A DNA stretch of 62,776 nt, filler included, from Basidiobolus meristosporus CBS 931.73 (taxonomy: Eukaryota > Fungi > Basidiobolomycota), in NCBI GenBank assembly GCA_002104905.1. It is 4 parts of 4 records of this genome, joined end to end, with 100 filler letters (N's around TTAATTAATTAA, not from the genome) between each part and the next. Parts side by side here need not be neighbours in the genome. Positions count along the whole stretch, not along the records: positions 32,289 to 51,048 come from MCFE01001048.1; 3 more parts are not named here. The stretch is one strand, 5' to 3'. Of this stretch, positions 36,177-47,162 are shown piece after piece. The translations under genes were made by a program, and so were the position numbers. How positions within the stretch are numbered: the first letter of the stretch is position 1; every line of letters begins with the position of its first letter. The notes under the pieces are model-generated. The model made no database searches. It worked only from the letters and a program-made list of their open reading frames with translations, and was not told where the DNA came from.

Positions 36177-37067
36177 ATGGCGCTAGTTGAATCTGCTACT
36201 GGTTTGACCCCCGCACAATGTAACTATCGATTCCCAATGAACATTCCGATCCCAGAGAACGGCTCTTACGAAAGTGAGCAGACTTCTCTCGACTCCAGCT
36301 CCTCCTATAGAAACAGAAAGTCCAGTTGGACGTCTATTTCTTCGGAGCAAAATTTCCTACCCAGCCCCCCCAAGTCGCGCAAAGGCAGCACATGCTCAGT
36401 TCTTTCGGAGCACTCTGCATTCTTCTGTCGCTCGCGCAGGCGCAGTAGCTTTTCAACTCTTAGTCATATAGACGAGGAAGCTACACTTGTCGAGGTTCAC
36501 AGCGCGCCTGACTTTCGCACGTGCCCTCAGTTGGTCTTTTCCCAACCCAAACTTCTTGGTGGGTCTCAAACCAAGAAGGAAAAAACCAGCACACAAGCTC
36601 CAGGAAATGAAGTGCTTACCACCTTGGTCTTGGAGGTCAACCCCAAGACCCATCACGTGTCCGAGGTGTTCCAGTTGAGCGACAAAAAGCTCCTAGTTAT
36701 CATCGAGAATTTCTTGACAAATTGCACGGATATCTATCACGAGAGCATACGCAATATCTCCTTTGCCATTGCCAACAACGCGCCCAAGCTTACGTTCAAC
36801 AAATTCTACGAACACTGTGCGCTTGACGAGAGCAAACAGCTGATCGCCCTCTACAATATACTTGGCGGGGAGTTGGTGATCGTATCGTACAAGTTCGCCA
36901 AGGAAAATGTGTACTCCAAGCAGATATACGATATGCTCCCCCATTTTGGACAACACCCTCTTAAAATCCGTAAATTACTTTTCGTCTTGGGTACCAACGA
37001 TCTGATCTTCGTCGAAACCCCATCAACTTACCAAGCATTCGACCTCCTTACCAACAGACTAAGATAG
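36177..37067 (+). CDS. Hypothetical protein (296 aa): Ser-rich disordered N-half, globular-looking C-half
   Basis: Long ORF from ATG 36177 in a good context (GAAATGG), C-ending codon bias, pyrimidine-rich 3' region. No family recognised. Confidence 0.7.
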   Translation: MALVESATGLTPAQCNYRFPMNIPIPENGSYESEQTSLDSSSSYRNRKSSWTSISSEQNFLPSPPKSRKGSTCSVLSEHSAFFCRSRRRSSFSTLSHIDEEATLVEVHSAPDFRTCPQLVFSQPKLLGGSQTKKEKTSTQAPGNEVLTTLVLEVNPKTHHVSEVFQLSDKKLLVIIENFLTNCTDIYHESIRNISFAIANNAPKLTFNKFYEHCALDESKQLIALYNILGGELVIVSYKFAKENVYSKQIYDMLPHFGQHPLKIRKLLFVLGTNDLIFVETPSTYQAFDLLTNRLR

Positions 37068-38770
37068 CTCCCTTCGTTAGCCAACGCTGGGAAGCCTTGT
37101 TCTTGTACCACCACTACTGGGCCTTTTTCACTTAATGTCTATCTGTAGCCATCCCTACCCGCATGTAAATATCTAAATCAATTAGAAGCGCTAGTCTTGA
37201 TCATCTAACTACTGATTCCACCCTCACATACATACGCAACCCAACCAATTATCCATAAACACCATCTCTCATCTACAATCATCCATGTTTGTTCATATGT
37301 CTTCGCCTAATGAGGGTGAATACCACCTTCTGTAAATATCCCCCCCACAAATAGCCACTCATTAAATCCTTGTTGGTCTTGGCCCATTCTGCCAAGCGAG
37401 CATACATGTCATGGGCCTAACCAGTATTCTCACCTCGATCTTGTCTGCACCAACAACCGATATCAGGCACCCCCAGCCAATCTCTTGCTGCCATCTAATG
37501 TCCACCCGAGTGATGTCATCCTGATGAAATCACCCATCTGACCCATTTGACACTCACCTTGAGGGTCATCTCGTAGATGATCTTGAGCTCGTGTCATCAC
37601 CATAAACTAAAGCTGGCCATCATCCCTGTGTAACTTGAGACTGCCGTTGGGTCCCTGATGTGGGAGGGGGATGGGAGATGGACTGTGGGGAGCTTGATTG
37701 TGCTGCAGATGGACTACAAGAGGGTCGGTGCTGTCCCGTAGGTATTCATTCATGCTCGTTACACACCCCGAATCGATTGATCATGGCAATCGGATGAGGT
37801 TGGCACCCATCGAATTCCTCTGGAGAGCACTGACACCCGATTCCGTGGCAGGTTTGGAGAGGTGGTGCGAAGGAGGGGCGCTTTTTGGCGGCACCCAAGT
37901 AGGTTTAAGGATGACGACTCTCTCGTGTACGGGTAAGACCGTCCGGGCGGGGTGGCGGAGAAATGAGCATGGAGTTTGAGGCCAGATTACGCCTTCCATG
38001 AATACCCCATTCCGGTTCACAGATGGGTATGCTGTGGGGCGCAAGCCACGATTGTACGGTAAGGACATTCATGTTCTTAAGGCGTTGGATATCTTCGTTC
38101 CTTCCAAACCCCATCCAAGAACAAAGCTCATCACGCTAGAGCCAGCTCACTGGGAATTGTCCGGGTGGAGCTGGGCGATACTTACTGGAGCAAGCCATAG
38201 GCGGAGATGCCTGCCATCCGTATCCACCCAGTATTTCCCACCCCATGATTGCGTTGCTTGCCTGGTGGGCGATTCCCTCATAGTCACGATCAGGCTCGAG
38301 GGAGAAACTTCCATACCTATGTTAGATTCCTCAAACATTCCACTCCACCTTCCAAAACCTCCTCACACACCACCCACATACCCCATGTCAACGGACTGCG
38401 TGATGTTACTAGACTACCCACGGGAATGTCACCCTTCCCATCCGGACTTGTCCTTAAGAAGGCTGGGACTTCCAAAATTGAGGGTTGTAACTTCAAGGAA
38501 AACGGGGTCGCTGCTGGTATTATGCTGGCATATTACTGGCTATTGGTGGTTTTTTTAGGACATTCCAATATCACAGAATCTAAATTAAACCTAAACCCAG
38601 ATATTTGCCGTGTCTGTTCAGATGTCCAAACATATTCTACATGTGCTCTATCAGACTTCGAACATTACATGACATTTGGAGTGCCGGCAATCATCTCGAT
38701 GTGTACTGGCGTATCTGGGCAAAATGCTCAAATCGCTTTGAGATTTCTCATGCTCCGGGTACCTGATATT

Positions 38771-39120
38771 TGTTGTAATTATTGAGTTGTCACCTAAATA
38801 TTCATGCCAACTTAGTAACATAGATGTTATTCTGTGATTGGCATTCTGTCCTGACTAAATTTCTTGTTGGGATTAACTTGGAATATTTTCACCAAATTAT
38901 CAGGTACCCAGATTATGTCCATTCTCAAAATTGTCCAAAAGACCCCAAACTGTGTACACATACTCTTGGGACCTTCCTTAACAGACTCTACACAGTTGTT
39001 TGCTCTACTTTATCAAAAGTATCAATTCCATACTTTTGATCAATAAATGTATAAGTGAATAACATGGAAAATCCTCCAGTTCTCCACATCACTTCCAATA
39101 CTCCTCATGATATTGCAACA
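38771..39120 (+). mobile_element. Second LTR-B solo LTR, next to an eroded antisense LTR remnant (~38640-38770)
   Basis: TGTTGTAATT...ATATTGCAACA, 350 bp, similar to 19995-20343. No TSD visible (ATATT versus TGCTT). Confidence 0.85.
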
Positions 39121-39838
39121 TGCTTAACATAGCACTTCCTTTGTACTTTTACCAGTGACTTCTTTGTCAGCTTGCATAGTGAGAAGCTCAATGGCTCACT
39201 GTTTTATCTAGTACAATGAGCTTGTCTCCTTGAGGTAAGCCAAACTTTGTGATGGGTTGACTGTTGAATTGATGAAGTGCTTGATCTGCAATATGTTTTA
39301 AATTGCTTGTGATCAGTAGCCCTGTGTAAATATACATTAGGCCAAATTCTCTGCCATAGCCTTAAGCACTGAGAACTTGGAATGTGCTTTAGACTTTCTT
39401 TCTGTCAAGTAAGTCCACATTTATCTTGTACACACATCAATAAACATGACTAAATGAGTGGTTGCAGCATATCCATATTCATTTTATTTTGGTTTATCAT
39501 CTCCCCCTGCAAGATATATAACTCAGAATTTATTTGATAATTGGTGTTTTTCCTTCAAAATTTTAGTTGAACTATTTGATGAAACTAGTAAGCAGATATT
39601 GGCTAACCTTGCTATGGATGCAACTTAATTTAATTGCTTCCTGAAAAATATACTTACCTTACAGCCAAACAACTAAAATCTGAGATACTAGGACTTGTTA
39701 GTTTTGAGAAACTCAAAACCCAGCCAATATTTGGATGTTATTCTGCTGGTTGTTACTTAGTTTTTTAAGAGTCTATTTATAAGTCACAAATCTGATAAGC
39801 AATGTTTCCTTTAGCTATAGCTACAGTAAGGTTGTATC

Positions 39839-39959
39839 TGCTGTAAGAGTCTTGGAGATATTGGAAGTGATTAGCAGAGCAAGTAGATTATGTGGTTTTC
39901 ACCAAATGGTTTATTGAATGTAAGGTAGTATTTATACTATTATACTTTCATGGTATAGC
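39839..39959 (-). mobile_element. Old LTR split by later insertions (continues at 44651-44683)
   Basis: TGCTGTAAGAGTCTTGGAG... matches the LTR; the sequence resumes after the ATAGC TSD as AAGCGCATAGAATATGCT. Confidence 0.8.
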
Positions 39960-40309
39960 TGTTGTAAAAATTCGTATTTTCCACCTAAATATTCACCTAA
40001 CTTAGTCACTTAGATCATCACCTTCAAATCCTAGAGAATACTGACCAAATTCCTTGTCGGGATTTACTTAGAATATTTTCACCAAAATACCAGGTACCCA
40101 GAACATGAAAATTCTCAAAGTTGTCCAAACAGCCCCAAACTTTGCACACATGTTCTTGGGACCTTCCTTAACCTATTCTACGTGTTTGCAATGCCAAGAC
40201 CATGTAAAAGTATAAATACTACTTTTACATTCAATAAATCATTAAGTGAAAACCACATAATCTACTTGTTCTCCCAATCACTTCCAATATCTCCAAGACT
40301 CTTACAACA

Positions 40310-40321
40310 GGTTATGAGCCC
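40310..40321 (+). promoter_or_regulatory. Primer-binding site complementary to the anticodon stem-loop of initiator tRNA-Met
   Basis: GGTTATGAGCCC directly after the LTR is the reverse complement of GGGCTCATAACC. The same PBS is at 18670-18681, 21107-21118 and 53198-53209. Confidence 0.88.
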
Positions 40322-43300
40322 CGAGCTGTCACTCTCTGCAATGTCTACTACTGCTATTACTGGAATTTTTCCCTCTGCTGAAAAGTTGGATGGCTCTAAC
40401 TACCAAGTGTGGAAGGTGAAGATGAAGATGCTGCTGCAAGAAAGAGGCCTTTGGGATATTGTCATGGGAGAAGAATGTCCTCCTAAAAACGTGGGAGAGG
40501 AAGCCTTAAAGTACCAGAAGAAAGAACAAAGTGCCTTTAACTGCATTTGCCTTAATGTCAAGGACAAATTGCTAATTCAATGCTCAAGAGCAAAAACGGC
40601 AAAGAATGCCTGGAAGGCATTAGAAGACACCTACCAGTCATGTTCAGCTGCCAAGAAAATGTATCTGAGAAGAAAATTCTTTACTACAAAGATGCTGCCA
40701 GGAGAAGAAATGAAAAATCTAATTAACAGAATTACCCTGCTGGTAGATGAGATGGAATCTGTGGGCGTACCAACTACTGATGAGGATGTGATAGTTACCA
40801 TCCTGAATAGCCTGACAGACAAGTTTCAGGGCCTTGTATCAGCCCTAGAGTCCAGAACTGAAGATTTGACCTTAAATTACCTATATGGAAGGCTCCTGGA
40901 TGAAGAATTAAGAAAATCAAGCGCCAATAAGAAGGAAGAAGAAAATGCTTTAATAAGCAATGATAACCAACAAAGGAGGTACCCAAGACCCTACAAAGGC
41001 AACAACAACCTATTTTGCAACTACTGCAAAAGGAAAGGACACACATCAGACCGGTGTTTCAAAAAGAGAGATTATCAGCAAAAGAAGCCTGAATATGGAA
41101 ATGCTGCAACAACTGAAGATAGACTATTCATATCTGCACTAAATATGACCACAAACAAGGATTCTCAGACGTGGTATATTGACTCTGGAGCTTCTCAACA
41201 CTTTACACACCAAAAAGAACTTTTTACCCAATATCAAGAAATTCCAATTAAGAAGGTTTTCATGGGTGACGATAGAACACTTGATGCAGTGGGAGAAGGA
41301 ACTATCCAAGTAAACCTTAGAAGCAGTGAAGGAAGCCATACACTGACCTTTAAAGAAGTACTCTATGTACCAGAAATAGCCAAGAACCTACTCTCCGTAA
41401 GCAAGGCCACAGCAGAAGGACTCAGTTTCAGTTTTGACAATTCTGGATGCAGGATCACTGATCAAAATGGTGCTCATATTGCTTCGGGCATCAGAGATCA
41501 GAACCTATACAAGTTGACTTATATTCCATCATATCTGGAAGCCAATATAAGTAACTTAAATGAAGAAACACCAATGCTTTGGCACAGGAGATTTGGACAC
41601 ATCAATTTTGATTATTTGCGCAAAATGATCAAAGATCAGCTAATTTCTGGAGTGAAAATTGATCCCCCAGCTAATTTGGAGCACTGTGAAGCCTGCATAT
41701 ATGGGAAACAAGCCAGACAACCGTTCAAGAGCTCTGGGTTAATCAAAACTAAGAAAAAATTAGATCTAATTCACTCAGATCTGTGTGGACCTATGCAAAA
41801 TTTATCCTTAGGCGGGATGAAGTATTTAATCACTTTTATTGATGATTATACAAGATACACATGGGTCTACTTCATGGAGAGAAAGGAAGAAGCTCTGTCT
41901 AAGCTCAGGGAGTTTAAAGCCATGGTGGAGAGAGAAACTGGTGAAAAAATCAAGAAAATACGCTCTGACAATGGTGGAGAATATACCTCAAAACTCTTCA
42001 TCCACTTCTGCAAAATTCATGGGATAAAGCAAGAGACTACTGTACCATACTCCCCACAGCAAAATGGAGTAGCAGAACGAGCTAACAGATCAATAATGGA
42101 TATGGCAAGATCTATGATCCATGATCAAAAATTATCCTATGATTTTTGGGCGGAATCAGTTGCCACTGCTGTATACCTTAAAAATAGGAGTTATAACAGA
42201 ATACTTCGTGATTCTACTCCATTTGAAGCATGGTATGGACACAGACCAAGTGCAGAACATCTAAGAATATTTGGGTGTACAGCATATGCCAAAAAACTGG
42301 CCGGAAATCAGTCAAAATTTGAGCCAAAAAGTGTAAAATGCATATTTTTGGGCTACTGCAATGAGAGTAAGGCATACAGACTCTACAATACCGAAGCAAA
42401 GAAGCTGATCAAGTCCAGGGATGTGTTGTTTGATGAAAATTCAAAATTTTCACAAAAAATGACATCAGATGATGACGAAAATTTGATCTCAAGTCCACCA
42501 ATTGTCAGGATTGAATCAGAGCAAAACAATGAAAATTTTTTCACTCCAGAGGACTCTACAACCGTGGTTCAGCCAGAATCAGTGCCCAGGAATATCCCAG
42601 AAGTGATCATTCCAGTATCAAATGCCCGGAGATCCAATCGGACAAGAAATAGCCCAAATTACTATATCAATGAGGGTACAAACTTAGCCTATGCCTATTC
42701 AGTCCATGTTGATGAACCCCAGACTGTAAAAGAGGCCCTAAATAGCCCTCAGATGAAGTTTTGGAGATCTGCAATGACTGAGGAATATCAGGCACTGATG
42801 GAAAATCAAACTTGGGACTTAGTCAAATTACCAATCAACCAAAAATCAATTGGATGCAGATGGGTCTTCAAGACAAAATACAAGGCTGATGGTACAATTG
42901 AAAGATACAAAGCAAGACTTGTAGCCAAAGGATACTCTCAAACAAAAGGACTTGACTATACTGAGACCTTTGCACCGGTAGCCAAGTTTAATTCCATCAG
43001 ATTAATATTGGCTATTGCAGCCAAATATAAGTTTTTTATTCATCAAATGGATGTAAAAACTGCATTTTTGAATGGAGAACTTGATGAAGACGTGTATATG
43101 GACCAGCCTGATGGGTTTGTTGACCAAGATAACCCCCATTTGGTCTGCAAGCTTAAAAAGTCACTATATGGTCTCAAACAATCACCGAGAGCCTGGAATT
43201 GCAAGATAGATTCTTATTTGGAATCTTTGAGTTTCAAAAGGAGTAATGCTGACTATAGTATATACTATAAGCCAGATAGAGCAAATCCAGTTCTATTAGC

Positions 43301-44284
43301 TCTATATGTGGATGATCTTATTATAGCCGCCAATAACCTAGAAACATTGGAAGAGACTAAATCCAGCTATCTAAGGAGTTCAAGATGTCCGATCTAGGAG
43401 AACTTAGTTACTACTTAGGGATTAAGTTCTCCATAGACAGAAGTACCCAGACTATTACCCTAAGCCAATCCAAGTATATTCAAGATATACTAAAGAAGTA
43501 CCAAATGGAAGACTGTAAACCGGCAGCTACCCCAATGGAGACAAACCTTAACTTGGTCAAAACTCAACCAAATCAAGAGAGCTTGGTGCCATCTGAAAGC
43601 CCTGACTTTCCTTATCAATCTATGGTCGGCAGTCTGATGTATATCATGCTTGGAACACGTCCAGATATCTCATATTCAGTGGGAGTTGTCAGCCAACATA
43701 ATCAGAATTATGGATCTGATCATATTGCAGCAGTTAAGCGGATTTTTAGATACCTAAAAGGAACTGCTGATATCTGCTTAAGATACACTTATAAGGATTC
43801 AGAACAGGATCTTGTGGGATACTCTGATGCTGATTGGGGACGAAATTTAGAAGACAGAAGATCCACCACAGGATACACCTTTCTTTACTGTAAAGGAGCC
43901 ATTTCATGGAATTCAAGAAAGCAACCAACCGTAGCACTTTCTACTACAGAGGCAGAGTATATGGCAGCCTGTGAAGCTACAAAAGAAGCAATGTGGTTAA
44001 GAAAGCTCTTTACAGATTTAGGCCTATGTCAAAAAACGCCTATTACTTTATTTCAAGATAATCAAGGATGTATACAATTAGGTAGAAATCCAACTTTTCA
44101 TGCTAGAACCAAGCACATAGATATTAGACATCATTTCATACGTGAAGCTATAGAGAATAACTTAGTTAGCTTAGTTTACTGTCCTACAGATGAAATGATT
44201 GCAGACATATTTACCAAACCATTAGCTAGAGACAAGTTTGAATATTTTAGGTCAAAATTAGGACTAGTCAGTATGAACATTTAG
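40314..44284 (+). CDS. Copia gag-pol polyprotein (about 1323 aa), broken by one missing C near 43368
   Basis: Gag, CCHC knuckle (CNYCKRKGHTSDRC), protease (WYIDSGAS), HHCC plus DDE integrase (HSDLCG, RSDNGGEY, AER), RT (QMDVKTAFL, LYVDD), RNase H (YSDADW). Other copies have CCAGCCTATC where this copy has CCAGCTATC. Confidence 0.9.
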
Positions 44285-44286
44285 CT

Positions 44287-44295
44287 GAGTGGGAG
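44287..44295 (+). promoter_or_regulatory. Polypurine tract
   Basis: GAGTGGGAG immediately before the 3' LTR; conserved in all young copies. Confidence 0.8.
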
Positions 44296-44683
44296 TGTTG
44301 TAAAAATTCGTATTTTCCACCTAAATATTCACCTAACTTAGTCACTTAGATCATCACCTTCAAATCCTAGAGAATACTGACCAAATTCCTTGTCGGGATT
44401 TACTTAGAATATTTTCACCAAAATACCAGGTACCCAGAACATGAAAATTCTCAAAGTTGTCCAAACAGCCCCAAACTTTGCACACATGTTCTTGGGACCT
44501 TCCTTAACCTATTCTACGTGTTTGCAATGCCAAGACCATGTAAAAGTATAAATACTACTTTTACATTCAATAAATCATTAAGTGAAAACCACATAATCTA
44601 CTTGTTCTCCCAATCACTTCCAATATCTCCAAGACTCTTACAACAATAGCAAGCGCATAGAATATGCTGAGGAAGATCCCAAG

Positions 44684-47162
44684 TGTTGTAAGAGTCTTGA
44701 GGATACTGGAAGTGATTGGGAAAGCAAGTAGATTATGTAGTTTTCACTTAATAATTTACAGAATATTAAAGTAGTATTCATACTTTTACATGGTGTTGGC
44801 ATAACAAACACACAGAATAGGTTAAGGAAGGTCTCAAGCGCATGTGTGCAAAGTCTGGGGCTGTTTGGACAACTTGTGTAATTTTCATATTCTGGGTACC
44901 TGATATTTTGGTGAAAATATTCCAAGTAAATCCTAATGGGGAATTTGGTGAGTACTCTCTACGGTCTGTAAGTAGTGATCTAAGTGACCAAGTTAGGTGA
45001 GTATTTAGGTGGAGTTGCAAATTTTTACAACACTCTCACTCGACTAAATGTTCATACTGACTAGTCCTAAATTTGACCTAAAGTATTAAATTTTGTCACT
45101 AGCTAATGGTTTGGTAAATATGTCTGCAATCATTTCATCTGTAGGACAGTAAGCTAAGTTAACCAAATTACTCTCCATAGCTTCACATATGAAATGATAT
45201 CTAATTTCCATGTACTTAGCTCTAGCATGAAAGGTTGGATATCTACCTAATTGAACTCTTCCTTGATTATCTCTGAATGAAGCAGTAGGTGTATTTTGAC
45301 AAAAGCCTATAACTTTGTAAAGCTTTCTTAACCACATTGCTTCTTATGTAGCTTCACAGGCTGTCATTTACTCTGCCTCTGTGGTAGAAAGTGCTTTGGT
45401 TGGTTGCTATTTTGAATTCCATGAAATTGCTCCTTTACAGTGAAAAAAGGTGCATCCTGTGGTGGATCTTCTGGCTTCTAAATTTTGTCCCCAATCAGCA
45501 TTAGAGTATCCCACAGGATCCTGCTCTGAGTCCCTTTAGGAGTACTTTAATCAGATATCAGCAGTTCCTTTTATGTATCTAAGAAACTGCCTAACTGCAG
45601 TAATATAATCAGATCCATAGTTCTGATTATGCTGACTGACTACCCCCACTGAATATGAGGTATCTGTGCATGTTCCAGGCATGATATAGATCAGACTATC
45701 AACCATAGATTGGTAAGGGAGCTCAGGGCTTTCTGATGGCATCAAGCTCTCTTAATTTGAATGAGTTCTGACCAAGTCAAGGTTTGCCTCCATTAGTGTA
45801 GCTGCTGGTTGACAGTCTTCCATTTGTTACTTCTTTAGTGTATCTTGAATATACTTGAATTGGCTTAGGATGATAGTCTGGGTACTTCTGTCTATGGAGA
45901 ACTTTATCCCTAAGAAGCAACTGAGTTCTGCAAGATTAAATCTAGCCTATCTAAGGATTTCAAGAGATTCAGTGTCCTTCAATATTTCTTGGTTATTGGT
46001 GGCTAAAATATGATCATCCACATATAGAGCTAATAGAGCTGCATTGGCACTATGTGGCTTATATTAGATACCATAGTCAGCAGTCCTTCATTGGAGATTC
46101 ATAGATTCCAAATACAAGTATATGTTGCAATTCCAGGCTCTCAGTTATTATTTGAGACCACATAGAGATTCTTTAAGCTTGCAGACCAAATTGGGGTTAT
46201 GTTGATCCACAAGCCATCAGCCTGGTCTATTTACACATCCTCATCAAGTTCCTCTCTCAAAAAAGCAGTTTATATCCATTTGATGAATGAAAAACTTATA
46301 TTTGGCTGCAATAGCCAATATTAATCTGATGGAATTAAACTTGGCTACCAGTGCAAAGGTCTCAGTATAGTCAAGTTCTTTTGTTTGAGAGTATCCTTTG
46401 GCCATAAGTCTTGCTTTCTATCTTTCAATTGCACCATCAGCATTGAGCTTTGTACTGAAGACCTATCTGTATCCAATTGAATGTATTTTGTCTTGAAGAC
46501 CCATGTGCATCCCATAAACTCTTGGTTGCTTGGCAATTTGACTAAATCCCAGGTTTGATTTTCCATCAGGGCCTGATACTCATCAGTCATTGTAGCTCTC
46601 CAATACTTTGTCTGAGACCTATTTAGTGCCACTCTTACAGTCTGGGGCTCAACAATATGGACTGAATGGGCATAGGCCAAGTTTGTACCCTCATTGATAT
46701 CAAGATTTGGGCCATTTCTAGTCTAGTCGGATTGCCAGCCTTTTGATAATAAGATGATCACTTCTAGAATATCTCTGGGCACTGATTCAGGCTGAACTAT
46801 GGCTGTAGGGCACTCTGGAGTGAAAAGAGCTCCATTTTTTTGCACTGATTTAATCCTGACTATTGGTGGATCTGAGATCATATTTTTGTCATCATCTAAT
46901 GCCATTTTTTAGCAAGAAAATCTGAATTATCTTCAAACGGCATATCCCTGGACTTGATTAGCTACTTTGCCTTGGTATTGTAGAGTCTGTATGTTTTATT
47001 CTCATTGCAGAAGCCCAAAAATATGCATTTTAGACTTTTTGGCCCAGATTTTAACTGACTTCTGAGTTGTTTCTTGGCATATGCTGTGCACCCAAATATT
47101 CTTAAATGTTTTGCACTGGGTATGTACTGATATCATGCATCAAATGGAAAATAACTACAAAT
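44684..47162 (-). mobile_element. Old degenerate copia (3' LTR 44684-45032, RNase H/RT/IN remnants)
   Basis: Diverged LTR with PPT; many stops and frameshifts; interrupted in integrase by the 47163 element. Confidence 0.9.

Larger units (their letters stand above)
39960..44645 (+). mobile_element. Very young full-length Ty1/copia element, identical 350-bp LTRs, TSD ATAGC
   Basis: LTRs at 39960-40309 and 44296-44645 read as identical; ATAGC at 39955-39959 and 44646-44650; PBS and PPT intact. Confidence 0.97.

Noticed and set aside
40182-40313. Recurrent 'SINTTFTFNKSLSENHIIYLFSQSLPISPRLLQQ' ORF, in frame with gag
   Set aside because: It is just LTR sequence repeated in each copy. Its ATG lies upstream of the LTR TATA (GTATAAATA), so it is unlikely to be in the mRNA.
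43360-43400. Programmed frameshift between the two ORFs of the young copia
   Set aside because: Other copies (51850, 48440, 15620) are continuous here and the break is inside RT; it is a 1-bp deletion.
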